Origin: Amphiscolops sp. MND2022
Lineage: Eukaryota
DNA length: 64,000 bases
Direction of reading: 5' to 3'
Assembly: GCA_964187785.1 (NCBI GenBank)
Contig: OZ076409.1
Location: 33,482,001 to 33,546,000 of the forward strand
Position numbers and translations under genes: made by a program. Every line of letters starts with the position of its first letter. Positions within the stretch are counted from its first letter, which is position 1. Below are positions 40,075 through 53,649 of this stretch, piece after piece. Under the pieces are notes generated by a model. The model saw only the letters and a list, made by a program, of their open reading frames with translations, made no database searches and was not told the DNA's origin.

Positions 40075-41769
40075 TTTAATCACACCCAGTCTTACTATGC
40101 AATACGGCATCAAAAACTATTCGGAAAAATACAATTTTGATTCTTTTGAAAACTGTATTCTATTTTTTGATAACAAAATACGTCTCCAAATTGGAATGCC
40201 ACGCCAACAAATCCATATTGACACCTCCAGAAAGCTTTGCCAAGATTTAGTCGCCCGCCATTGGTGGTTTTCAATGGTTACTTTTTTCATCATCGGTATC
40301 TCTTATTGTAATTTTTTATTATAATATGTGATTTGATGCGGTAAATAATGTAATTTCCTATCTCGTTGAAGCGTGGAACAAAAAAGTCATCGGTTAATCG
40401 AATCCAATTTTTAGTCATATCCACTGGTTGTGACTAAACATGACGACATCACAACTTTCACAACATCACAAGGCACCTAGGAGCGGTTAAAACCCCGGAG
40501 GTGGAAATATTGACATCCTAATGATGGAATGTTAGCAGTTTTATTGCTAATTAGCACATGTTCCTAACTAATACTTTCATGCAAAATCTAACCAATGAGT
40601 TAGGAAATTATCCTTATCAATAGAGCTGTAAAAATTATGACCAAGAAAATTAATAAACGCAAACGTTTGATACGTCGTATAGAAGAAAATAATTGTTCGC
40701 TGTTTCAAGTTTTTCAAACGATCAAAAATTTTTGTATTCACCCAATGAACAATCACCGTTCAGTTTTCTACCGTTTTATCTCGGAGCGAAAAAGCTCAAA
40801 GTGTTCAAAGTGTACCGTAGAAACAAAAATACGAATTGAACAAACACGACTTCAATGAAAAAAAATACGTGCTCATGAAATTTAGAGAGACAATTAAAAT
40901 AGGAAGATGAAACGTTTGGAGCTGCTACGTTGCATGTAGAAGCTCAAGCTTCTATTTCAGTAGATATCAAAAATTTGTTTATCACTCAAACGAAAAGGTA
41001 TGTGGCACCCAGTATGAAGGCATTAAATTCATGCATGTTGTTTTAGAATAGCATGATAAATTTTTCCTGGTGACGTTGGCTGTTTCACGAGGTCTTCCTC
41101 TCAAACATTCTTGAGTATTTCCATCATTTATAAAGAGGATACTTCTTTTCTAATTTAAACTGGTGTTAAATGTTATTTCTTTAAAAATAACTTTCGTGTT
41201 TACATTCGGAAATTTTTTATTACAATTGAACAAGAACTAGCAAAGTTAACTTTGTCTAATCAACAATTTTGAAAAAATGTTTGTTTCGCTCGAATACCTG
41301 CGTAGTAATCCCAATCCCTTGAAATAGATGTTGATGGTGAATGTGAAATTCAGAAGTTTATTAGACGACAAATTCACTTGAATTGAAGATTGATTGAATT
41401 TGTTCACATAAATTGATGTCCGTAATGTTGTGGAACAAAAAGGCCAAATCAGGCGCACGCACGGTACTCGTGTACGAACAAAAAACGCCCCAGAAAAAAG
41501 CACTTCAGTCAAAAGCGCCCATTTTATACAGTCATGAGTAATTTGTAATAAATACGCTAGACGATTTTTTCAGTGGTCACAGAATGTATTGGCAAGATCC
41601 TTGACAAACTTTTCACAGATGATCTAGAAAGTAAGCAAAGATTGCGAACGGTCCTCTTGTTGATTATTATTTTCCACCCAACTTCCATATCGGGAAGGAA
41701 AATAATTATACTCAAACGGTTTTTTTTAATTGAACATGCTATGTCCCAAATTTGTTATCAAATTGAAGG

Positions 41770-43557
41770 GTGTCACCCACAGAATTCAACTCACAAAAAA
41801 CTAGCTTCGTCCGATAAATATTTGTGGAGATATTCCGATATTCTTGAGTATGGTCGAAATGACCCCCGAATGACCCAAAATGACAACAAAAATGACAGAA
41901 AAAATGGATTATTTTCCTATTTTTACCATTGTAATTCAGTTTTTGTCACATTTTCGATCGACTTCGTGCATTAGAATGTTGAAAAGGTTCAACAAGGAAC
42001 ACTTTCATTGTCCTGTAGTCTCTTGTGAAAAGATAAATGCAGTTTTTTATGAGAAATATGCCTCGAATCTACACCGGAAAAGACAAAGTTCAAAAATTGC
42101 CCGATTTTCAACACTTTTAAACTTTGTCACAATTTCGATAGACTTAGTTGATAACGATGTTAAAACTGTTCAACAAGGAAAGAAATTGTTGTCAAGTAGG
42201 CTTCTGTCACGCGATAGTAGCAGTTTGTAAAAGGAAATAGTATAACTTTGACCCAGAAAAAAATTCCAGTTTTGTCCTTCTTCATGCAATTTCTGTTCAA
42301 TTTTCGAGACATTTCATGGGTTATGAGGTCAAAATGGAAAACTAGTTTTGCAACACGCACTTTTGAAAAGATCGATGCAGCGGTTTGCTTCAAAAACATT
42401 CCAGAGTGATTCCAAAAGAGACTCGAAAGATCGGAAAAACTTCACGTTTTGCGCAATTTATGTGTACGTTTCGAATAGTTCTGAAGTGAGATTTTTTTAA
42501 ATGTTCAACAACGCATGAACTCGTTTGTTATCCAGTGGAATTTTGAGAGAACATATTTGCGGATTTCAAAAGGAAAATGCTTCAAATCGACCTTGAAAAG
42601 TCGAAAATGTCAAAGCGATATTTGACATTTTAACTGAATCGGTATTTGAGACTAGAAACATTTTGTAAAACAAAAGCTTGAAAAAACTCCAGATGATAAA
42701 AAATTGTTCGCAGCATAATTTTTAGAGGGAAATTGGCAGTTTTATGTTAGAAACTTACCTCAAAATGACACAAAGTAGGCGAAATCTTTTTAACAATTAC
42801 TGCAAATTTTTGGATAAATTTTGAGCAAGTTCTTGGCAAACAACCGCCTAAAAAATTTAGGTATGACTAAATGTAGAATCCAATGGGCGTTTCTCAAGAG
42901 GGCCTCGAAAACACCCTAAACTGCAAAAGCGATGTTTGCAAAACGTTTATTTAATTTACCCGAAAACGGAAGTTTCGTTTTTTGAGATCATTTGTCAAAT
43001 AATCGGGATTCATAAAGAGCCAAGCGAAGTCACTAGCAATGTAGTACGCCTTCCGAAAGAAAACATTTTGCAAATTCTTTTATGGAAAGAAAACCTCAGA
43101 AAGACGCGAAATCAATTAGTTTAATGGATTTTTGTGCAATTTTTTTAAATTATAAATTATATGAGCTTTTGGAATTAGAAATACCTCCACTAGGATTTTT
43201 GGAAGAAACATATATGTTTTTTGTCAGCAAATTGTCTCCAAATGAACCCAGAGTTGTGGAAAATATCAAAAGTTTTCCGATTTCCGGCTTTTGTGGTGAC
43301 ATTTTGTGCAAAATTATAAAATTTGGCTATGCTGGGTATAGTATCCTCATAGTTCAACAACAATACATTGAGGCTTATGGCAATTTGCGTTATTGTAAAG
43401 TAGGTGTTTCCTTTAAAATGGACTGACTTGAAACATAACATTCTTTATCGCGATTTTTTTGCATTTTTGTAGTACATTGGCTGCTCTTGAGCCTCTAGTT
43501 TTTATCATTGTAAATTTTTTTGTGGTGAAAGACATTTTGGTCGGCGGGAGTCTTGTT
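41770..43557 (+). mobile_element. Family B dispersed repeat with internal ~175-180 bp degenerate units (HINE-like)
   Basis: The 5' block (caactcaca..tagcttcgt..tatttgtggagat) and 3' block (taggtgtttcctttaaaa...cttgtt) are shared with 46192-49114. Confidence 0.65.
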
Positions 43558-44210
43558 TTGAAAGTTTGCTGGAATTGAGAAACAGCTAGAAACCAAAGTG
43601 TCTCTCTGTTTTGTCTTCAATTTTCCGCCCATTCCTATTTGTCGCGAATGCAAATTACAAACGTTTGTCACTTGTTCAAATCTATGCCCAAATGATAGAG
43701 TTATTCAACAGATTTCAACTACTAGAAACATCTTTAAAAAAGCCAGGAAAAGTGGTTTTCGAGTTTATGGGTATCCCTTTGGGTATTGTCTGGCGCTGTA
43801 AATTTGTGAAATTTTGTGATTTGAAAAACTTTTATTGATTGTACATTCATTGAACTAAAACTACTAATCAAAGTTTCTTCCGTATTTTGATGTCATAAAA
43901 CACGAAATGCAAACTGCTGCTGATATTACTACATCTGTTTCGTAGATAATACAAAGGGTTTCGTTCTGAAATAATCATTCGGCAGCCTGAAATATCATAC
44001 ATTTTTCCAACATGGTTGTGTCCGAGAAAAACACGTCAACATTAATCTGCTTTTCATGGGATATTATATGTTTCTGAAAACAAGAACACCCGATTCCAAG
44101 ACTTTGTCGAGGCTACGAAGTAAAATCTAGACCTTCTAAGATTGATTTATTTAAAAATTGAAAAGAATGGCTTTCAGCGTGAACTAAATCTCTACTTAAA
44201 CTTGAAACAG

Positions 44211-44560
44211 AACAATCCGGGAACCGCATAAGTCGGCGCGCACTTTTCGCTCAAAAGTACTTCAAAGCGACAAGGTATCTAAACCTGATAACGCCAAACA
44301 AAACCCAAAAGGGAGACCCCTTTGGGACTAAAAGGACTCACCTAGGAATACAAAAACCCAGTTTTTTCCTGTTTTATCCCCAGAAACAGCAGACATAAAG
44401 CGATAACCCTTTGTGAAATTAAAATTTTCCAAAAAAAGTCGCACAGTGCCAAAAAACGCTTTTTCTTATTCAAAAATAATAAAAGGCGAAACAAACCCTT
44501 GTGGAAAATTGTTTCGAAAAACTGTCGCACAGTTCTAAAAGCTCCACTCATTTTTTTTCA
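44211..44560 (-). mobile_element. Family A-related repeat, inverted
   Basis: Starts aacaatccgggaacc..aagtcggcgc, resembling the reverse complement of the family A end. Confidence 0.45.
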
Positions 44561-45160
44561 CAAATATGTATGTCAAAATATGAATAGAAATACCATGGCA
44601 ATCAATTTGAAATTTTGTAACTTTTTTATAGTCACTTCCTGATTGAAACTCAAGAAAAATAGAAAACACTACGCAAAGTCACTATAATTGGCGAGTCGCG
44701 TTTAAAGCGTCGACTAAAAACTGAAATTGATCTGAAGTTCAGCAGCTTAATCGACCCAATGAACAAAAATCTATTAAATCTATTTCATAGCGGAGCAACT
44801 TCTGTGTTTCGGAACGTACCTAAATAACGACCACTTGCTGACGACTTACCATCTTTTGATCCGTTTCAGGCGATTACATAAATTAAAAACATTTCTGAAA
44901 TTTTTGTCTACAAAAAACGCTTAAGAGATGGAAAACTCCGCATGTCGATAGTCGATATTCGACATATGGAGCAGGACGGGAAAACTTTTATTTTAATGGA
45001 ATAGAAACTTGACAGGTAAAAATTTTCGTACACAGGATGCATTTTGGTTTGTCATGGCTTGGTGATATAGAAAAGGGGCAGTTTCATTTTGCAGTTCAGA
45101 AGAAGGAACGACCAAATGGCTTTACGAAATGAGCACACAAAGTGTCAATTCAGAGATGTA

Positions 45161-46150
45161 CAGTACCGGCAAAAAGTTTTCTAGACTGTCAAAAAAAATT
45201 TGGATATCGACGAAATTTGTTACATAAACACACTTCAGGTGAGCAAATACAAAGTTATATATAAAACAAATATAACATCCAGTATTTTATGGGATAAACT
45301 CGTATTTTAATGACCTGTTTCAACATCTATGTATTTGATAAAAAAGAAGTTCTCCACACATTCGTCAGTGATGGAAAAAGTATTTTGCACTGCTATCCAC
45401 ATTTCTTTCACGTGGTGAAAATTTTTACCAATCCAACTTTTGATGTTGTCGATGATATTAGGGTCTGAAAACAAACCTGGAATGAGCGCGTTGCCCGAGT
45501 TTTCCATGACTTCAATAGTCATCTTGAATGCGTGACATTGAGCAATTTCTTGGTGAAATGAAAACTCCTCTTGCATGTTGGGGCCGCGGAATCTCTAAAA
45601 AGACCTTTACATTAGTAGCTGTCCATCTTGCAGGGCCCTGAGTACAGATGCGATAATAGCACCCCAAGGCTTGAGTTTCTGCTTTTTGATCCCCAGGTTG
45701 TTTGCCAAATAAATTGGAGAGCCTCGATACTTTCGACCAATTGGCCGTCTAGTAAACAGCATACGAAATCCTGACATTTATATCATGGTTTCGTCCGAAA
45801 AACCGACTCTCCGCAATTCCTGAAAAAGTTTCTTTTAATATTGACGTGAAAACTACAATCGAGTCTTCGTGTGATGTCTGGAAAAAAATCAAAACTGATG
45901 ATGCCCTTCGTCCGAGGAGCCCTCTCCACTCTAGCAGGTGCCGTATTGAATACTTGTGACCATCCCCTGAGGTCTTTTAGACTATCTTGCAGTCATACGG
46001 CGACAAAAAGTGAAAACCTTCCGAGCATCGACCGGGAACGTTCAGACTTCTGGATTCACGGAGCACAGAGGCAAGGAATTCTTTCTATTGGTTGAAAAAC
46101 GTACTTCCCTGATCGCCTTTGTGGGCTCCTTCATCAAGCTACTTCATGAC
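45161..46150 (-). pseudogene. Highly degraded Tc1-like transposase, one TIR visible
   Basis: ta|cagtaccggcaaaaag end; FHQEIAQCH (FQQDNAPCH-like); SDPNIIDN (SPDLNPIEN-like); FSDE at ~45790. Confidence 0.7.
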
Positions 46151-46191
46151 TACCTATGATATAACACACATTAGTACGGGGTATTGCCGTG

Positions 46192-49114
46192 GTGTTACCC
46201 ATAGAATACAACTCACATAGATTTAGCTTCGTGCGATATGTATTTGTGGAGATTTCTGGACTTTTTTAGTTGACCCCAAGGACTCCCGAATGACCCAAAA
46301 ATGACCCCAAAAATTAACAAATTTGCTAAAATTTTCAATTTTTTTCAAGTTTTTATGCAACTTTGTGAATTTTTTTATTAATATCGTAGATTAGAATGTT
46401 GGAAACATTCAACAAGGCACCAACTCGTTGTCTAATAGTCTTCCATGAAGAGATAATTGTTGTTTTTCAAATGAAACAGATCTCAAATTGACATTGAAAA
46501 TGACAAAAAAATGTCCCCATTTTCAAAATTTTTATGCAATTTTTGTCAAATTTTCGACAGATTTCGTGAATTATAATGTTGAAAAGGGTCAACAAAAAAT
46601 TTTGGTTGTCCAGTAGTTTTTTCCGAAGATGTTATTGCAGTTTTTGAAATGAAAAATATCTCAAATTGGCACCAAAAATGACAAAAACCCAAAACGTTCC
46701 ATTTTTCAATGTTTTTATGCATTTTTGGTAAAGTTTCACCAGACTTCGTGGATTGGAAAGTGTAAAAGGGTCAACAAGGATGAAAATTGGTTGTCCAGTA
46801 GTCATTTATGAAGAGATACATGCAGTTTTTCTAATGAAAAATGTCTCAAATTGACACCGAAAATGACAAAAATCCCAAAATTATCCCATTTTCAACATTT
46901 TTGCTCAATTTTTGTTAAACTATTGGTAGACTACGTGGACTAGAACGTTTAAACCACTAAAAAATGGGACAGTTTGTTGTTATGTTGACCTTTCGTCGAG
47001 AAATAAATTCAATTAGTAAAACAAAAATGCCTGAAATTGACCCTGAAACTGTTGAAAATTTTCAATGCAACTCAAGAAAATTTTCCGATAGATTTCGTTA
47101 TAAGTTCAAACACAATCAACAACAAAAGAGCGAGTTATGCATTAATTTTTGGAAGATAACGTTGCAGCGTTTTGCTTCAAAAACACTACGAAATGACTCC
47201 AAACGAGTCGAAATTTTTCAACATATTCAATGAAATTCATTTTTATGCAACGTATGTCTACTTTTTGTATCGTTTTGGAATCAGAATGTTGGCAAACGTT
47301 CAATAAAGGTTCAACTCATAATGCAGTAGACTTTTAAAGAAAGATTTACAGACTTCGGTCGGTAAATGGCTCAAAATTCACCTCAAATAGTCGAAAATGT
47401 TGAAAATTTTGCTGATTTTCGGTGATTTCATTTTTGAGATTGGAACATTTGGTGAGCTAAAAGCTTCTAAAAGCTCCATATGATGAATCTAGGTTCACAG
47501 CACGTTTTTCAAAAAGAATGTGGCATAATTTTTGGGAGAAACTGTACTCAAAAGGACCCAAATAATGCAAAAAAAAGAGAAGTATCAAGGTTTTCCTTTT
47601 TAGGTAGTTTTATTGAAACAATTTTTGAGCTAATTCCTTGCACAAAGTTGGATTAAAAACTCAACAATGACTAATCTTGGTATCCAGTAGGCAATTTCGA
47701 AGATATAACTGCAATATCGATTGCGAGTGTCCTCAAAAACACCCCAAAATCCATGAAACAACAAAAATGCCAATACGTTCGTTTTTTGGCACAACAGTAC
47801 GTTTCTTGACAAATTAATGCCAATTTATGTTCAAACCACGAACGTTTATGAAGAGAACTTCCATTGACTCGCACGTTGAAACAATAGGGTATTCAAATTG
47901 CAATTTGTGAAAAACGTGGAATGAAGTTCATCGAGTTTCAATTAAAGGTGTCAAATTTTTCGAAGTTTCTTAATTTTTGACAACAAAGTCCCAATTTTGC
48001 ATGCACCCTTTCAGAAAATTGATTTCAATCAAAAGTACCATAGGCTCAAGGTTGAAACGTGCAGCTAGCGGCAGTGTGTCGAAAAGATTTCAGACAAATT
48101 TATTTGCACAACTTTCAAAAACTTTTCTTGAAAACGTAAATTTCGACCTTGTTTCTACAATATTTATTATTCAATAAACTCCCAGCAAAATCACTTAATA
48201 TGGAGTACAGCTCCCAAAGAACATTATTTTGAGCTACTTGAGAATGGTGTGAACTTTCAACAACAACTAAGTTTGGTGTCCAGTAGGCTTTTTCTTGAAG
48301 AGACACTTGTAAATTCCTGTTAGAAAAGTTCTTCAAATTGACGGTAAAGTTGTCGAAAATATTTCCAAGTTTTGACACTTCTGGAGAAACTATAGGCAAT
48401 AATATAATAAACCGGGAACGTTCAAGTTCCCTAAACTTGCATAGGACGTGGTTTCAAGCTTTTCCTAATTTCTCAGTGCCAAAAATTACCCCAAGAAATA
48501 CGCCTGAGACTGGGAAACGACTTTTTCCCCACCATCAATCACAAAAATCCAATTTTTAAATTTTTTTTGGTACATCCTTTGACGGCGGAACAAGTTTCAG
48601 CTCGCAAAATTACTTTTTTCAAGCCGAAATCAGCTGAAAAAGTAAGGAGTACCCTTCGACCAAATGAAAGTTTCGGAAAAACGCACTGAGTCGAAAAAAA
48701 CTGTAATGAGGTATTTTACACAATCAGTAAGAAAACGCATCCGCTCAACTGTGGCACATGATCAAAAGTAACAAAGAGGTCACCCTCAAGACTCGGGAAA
48801 CTTGTTTCCTTCACAGAAAACCTCAAAAACTAAATATTTTGAAAATTGTTTTTCGAAAATTATTTTTGAAAAATTTTATCTGAAAATTTCTCTTTATTCG
48901 GTAAGTCGCATATTGTCGAAAAAAAAACGAAAAGTAGCCAGCTATCGAAGAAATAATAAGTTAGGTGTTTCCTTTAAAAATGGGCTAAAATGAATCAAAA
49001 CTTTCTTTTTTTGTTTTTTTTTGTAGTGCATTGGCTATTCTTGAGCATCAAATTCATGTAGTTGTGGAACAGTTTAGGGGGGAAAATATCTCGCTGCTCA
49101 GCGGGCGGCTTGTT
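46192..49114 (+). mobile_element. Family B repeat, longer copy with more ~180-bp units
   Basis: Units at ~46389, 46569, 46751, 46938, 47099 and 47281; shared ends with the copy at 41770. Confidence 0.65.
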
Positions 49115-49299
49115 AAATAATGAATTGAAACATTTCGACTCATGCAACGTTGACTCAATGCAGTCCACACATGCAGTTTGTGGAGAATCAAAAAAACTGA
49201 CTTACTTCATTGAGCAGAAAGGAACTATTGTCGCCTGAAGGAGTGAAGTTGCAGCTGGTATTCGAGGTAGAGTTGTTGTCTATAGAAGTGCAGTTGTCG

Positions 49300-50250
49300 C
49301 TCATATTCAAGGAAGAGTTATCCATGATCAAGAGAAGGGCAATGGAGAGGGCTAATTAGTTAATAGGACATGTAATGAGAAACAAAATTCGGTTCAGACT
49401 TATTTCAAGATGAGAACGGGAAAAGGGACGATCTGGCGTTGCACTGTACTGTGAAGTGGGCTCCGGGACAGATTGAGTGCAATACTGTCGCTCTTGAAAT
49501 ACTTGAGTAAATAAACCTTGCTCTTGAGAAAACTTCGTCAAACTGCAAAGCTGAAAATCATAGGGAAAACATTTTTGAATAAATAAGATAAAATCTCGGC
49601 TTTCCAAGTATAAAATTGATATACGTCAATGGGTGGACATTTTCTTGATAAATTGCACTATTCAGTTTTTGCGATTTTGAGTTCTTTGGAACAAATTTCT
49701 ACAAAACTGTTTGCAGAATTTCAACAAGTACATTTGAACATTCCGTAGCAAGGGGACTTGTTACTGAATAAGAAGTAAGTAGTACAAGATTAGAAAGTAA
49801 AATTTAGAAAAGAAACTTGTAAATGGTAAAAGCAGGATTTGATTGTTATTCAGTATCAGCTTGGAACAATTTCTGCGCAGGTATAAACGATTGCAGACTT
49901 AGAGGGTACTGACAGAATTGTTTAATGTTTTGGGGGATTTATGAAGGAGGGCAATACTGCAAAAGTGGCATTCCTTTTTCTATTCTGGAATAACCGTCTC
50001 TAAGGAGTTTTCTGGCACTTGTTTGGTGGCTGTGATTTTCTTTCTCTCCTTTCTTTCACTCTCAGCTGCGAGGTCCTATCATTATATGCGGTGGTTGTTT
50101 GGCGTGAGTTGTTTTTGAAGTCTGCAAGTTGTAATAATGGGGACATTATTCAAAGTAAAGCGACGTTTAATTGCTGTAACTCTCGGGAGAATATGAAGAA
50201 CGCTGGTCGTGGGTTTGATTTTCAATAACCACGGGAAAAGCATTAATGGA
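49300..50250 (-). pseudogene. Possible very old LINE ORF2 fragment
   Basis: DRPFSRSHLEISLNRILF weakly resembles the YRPISL..SK..E.IL motif preceding LINE RT. Confidence 0.3.
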
Positions 50251-52379
50251 ATTTGCAAACCTCAATCACAGCCGTCTAATGAAGTTTTTATTGAGCACCT
50301 TTGCGACGGGAAGGAAGCTTTGATCTCAACTTACAACTAAGTCGGCATATTTCAGCGTGAAAATTCTCAACAAACGCCTGAATGATCCGACAGGAACGGA
50401 TTCGCAACAAAATGAATGAATGAATCAAATGAATGGATAGGTAGATAGATAAATAATGGACCGGTAGATAGTTGTGGTGGCTGAGTTGTTATTTCAAAAA
50501 ATAAAAGCAAACAAGCAGCTACTGCGTATGAAATTTATCACGCATCGTGGCTCTTTTCTCCTCTTTTTGTTTCTTTTCCTAGCTCTTCCATCAAAATTAT
50601 GTTTTCTCACTTCGCGACAGTGTAAATTTTGAAGAAAGAAGGCACGTATTTAGACCAATCAGAGAAGTCAACACTAACAGAAAATACAGCAAGAGCGTTC
50701 CAACGCTTTTTCCGTCGCTACCATTGGTCTCAAATTGACGACACTTTTAATTCGAATTAACGAATCGGCTTTTCTGTCTTAGTCTCTAATTCGACTGCCA
50801 TTCCTATCTGTACAAAACTACTTTAATAACTCCATTTTCGGCTACCAACGTTTTTTGAGCAATATTGAGCAACTCGTTTTTTTGAGCAACTCGATGAGGA
50901 GTCGCTTGGCAGCCAAATTTGTTGTTCAAAGTCAATCTGCTGTGCGGATTGCGAATTCGGATTGCTGCCAATTTGTTAACAAACGTTGCATTGAACGGAA
51001 TCAACACTAGATAAATCGATCTATTTTTATATCTTGCAGACCCCAGTATACAAGACAACACGACTTACTTTAGTTTACATAAATTCCTCATTGAGTGATA
51101 ATTTTTTTCGTTGTTCAAAGCAAGAGGTACAGAACTGGGTATATTCGAGACTTAGAACTATCGAAAATTTGGTGGGAATCAAGAATTTTGGTGGGTATTC
51201 TCTTGCTGCATATGTTTACCCACAACGCCTCCCCTCTGGGACGGGAGCAATTAACCGCAAAATGGCTTCTGGCTCAATAACTGGATCAATTCTGGCGCCG
51301 GCGTCTCTAACCTGTGCCGTGGAAGCCGCGTAATAAAAAAATGATTCGATATTTTGAATTTCCATAAATTTTCTGAACGTACGACGCCAATACACCCGGC
51401 AAGGCAACTGCATTTAGAGACATGCTTAAATTCTCTCCATAATAAAAAGATTGTTGCCATTAAAGCATTGATGAGCCGGAACACTCCAAACCGTCCAAAT
51501 TCGTTCATCGCTTACCCGATCCCTTTTATGTTGAAAATTTGGCCAGCGGTTAACTGCAGTGTTCCAAAGTAAAAGTTGAAAAGTTGTTTTCACTTCCTCC
51601 ACAAGGAGATGAAAGTAAATAGAATGGATGAACTGGCAAAAGCGCACAAATAAGCAAAAGTAAATAGCTGGAAATTTGCAGCTAGATTTGATTTCATTAA
51701 AGAAGTTCACCTGAAAATCGCATGCAGATGACTAAAATAAGCACGAAAAATTGAGTTTGGAAAAAAGCAGATTGAGAAAACAAAGTAGTGTTCTGATTTT
51801 CTACCTCGCAAAAGTGTTCCCAGCCACCCATAAACTCGAAAAAATAAACTTGAGAGTGAATAAACTTGATCGTGGTTTGCAATGTTATCTGAGTTCCTCT
51901 TCGCACAAGGTATTTTCTATTCAAATAAAACCAAGTATCATGAAAAATTTTTACTGCTACATTAGCCCGTAAAAATGATATTCAATATCATTTTAGCAAG
52001 GACATATTCCTTATAGACACAATTCATCAAATCATAAAATAATCAAAATGACAAGATAGCATCAAGAATTTTCAAAAAGGCGTTCTTTAATGTTTTGCTA
52101 TCCAATCAATTTTCGAAAAATTATGACAACTTTTCGACTATTTTCGACCAAGTTTTGTCAAAATGTATTGTACTCGTAACAGTTTTCTCAACTTTTACGT
52201 TAAATTGTTGTAGCCCTGAGTTTTCGGGTAGTTCGGGTATATATAATTTGACAATATATCAGCAAAATGCCCGACCCTTACAGTGACCTTTTTTTCTTCA
52301 GACCCACACTGATCGGTCCACTTTTTAGAGAAACTCCTGAAACCACCTTTCATTTTTTACTTTTTAAAGAAACCTTCAA

Positions 52380-52654
52380 AACCGGACGAGGCTAAAGGGT
52401 CGCCCCTTTCGACTTCTTTCGGCACTCTGCGACTATTTTCCGAAATTTTTTAGTGTCTCAAATAGTCCCCTTCGAGTTTTTTGATATTTTGCAACGGAAT
52501 GTATGTCAATAAATCCCTTTTGCATTTTTCGGCACTATGGGACATTTTCCAAAAGAAACAAAAATTTTCAGAACTTTCAAGATTTTTTCAAAAAAATGTT
52601 TTGCGCTTTACGAGCCTGAGCTATAGCGCCGACTTTAGACGTTCTCGTGTTGTT
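52380..52654 (+). mobile_element. Family A Helentron/DINE-1-like repeat
   Basis: Ends gagcctgagctatagcgccgactttagacgttctcgtgttgtt. Confidence 0.6.
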
Positions 52655-53110
52655 TGTATGAATAATATTTGCGCTCCATCTGTTCGACCAAAAGCGGACA
52701 GCTCAGAGCTACTGGAGAAAAAAACTAGCCACTGTAAGGGTCGTTCTTTTTTTTCCGAAAACGCCGACTGAAATAGCTCTCAAAGTTTCAAATATTTGTC
52801 AACAAACGATTAATGATAACTTTGTTTGACAGACGCTACTGTCAATCAATCAAATTAGCAACTTCTTTTGAATCAAAATAATTTTCAAACAAAAGAGACG
52901 AAACGGTAGCAATTTTCAGAATAATTTTGATGGTTCGAACCATCCTTAGTTACAAATAATACGAAAACGAGTTTTTGTGCGTTCCATTTTTGGTTCCCCT
53001 TCTTTGTTGAAACTGCATGTACTTTAATGTTGCCAGCAACTTTCATTATGGTTTTCTAAAACTCTTACGAAACCTTCCATGCGAAAGTATTTCCCTGTTG
53101 TATTTAGCTT

Positions 53111-53649
53111 CCCAGTGTAAAAACACATGGAACTCTTGCCAAGATCTTGCATATTCTTACATATTCCCGTTTACTCTTGAAGTCTTCATGAGATTTTGTT
53201 TATTCTTGCTTCACACAAACTTCTTGAATTTCTTGATAGTATTCTTGGTAAGAGTCTTATCAAGAGTGTTAAGAGAATGAATAAGTTGTAAAACAAACAT
53301 CAATTTTGTTTACAAGTATTTTCCTGTTGTTCACACTACCAGCTACACTATCATTCTTTGAAGTATTGAATATAGGACAACACAAAGTAGTGAATTTCAG
53401 AACGTGATAGCTTGGTTGGTAGCGCGAAAAGCTGCGGCATAATAGGTAACCTAATCAAGCTGCAGTTGGCATCTGTTTTTGGTCGTTTTCATTCACTTTT
53501 GTTAGTTCATCTCTTGAATTTCTTGGCACGATCTTGCAAGACCTTGCAAAGTAGTGGATTTCTTGGTAAAAATTTTGGCATGATTCTTACCAAGAAATTC
53601 AGGAATATCCAAGATTCTTATCAAGAGTTGCAAGAGTTTTTACAGTGGG
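53111..53649. mobile_element. Intact CCC-ended EnSpm/CACTA-type MITE (539 bp)
   Basis: TIRs cccagtgtaaaaac / gtttttacagtggg; 2-bp TSD TT; CAAGA-rich subterminal repeats. Confidence 0.88.

Noticed and set aside
50640..51710. Possible decayed secreted/GPI-anchored protein gene on the minus strand
   Set aside because: Only hydrophobic stretches at each end; many stops and no recognisable domain.
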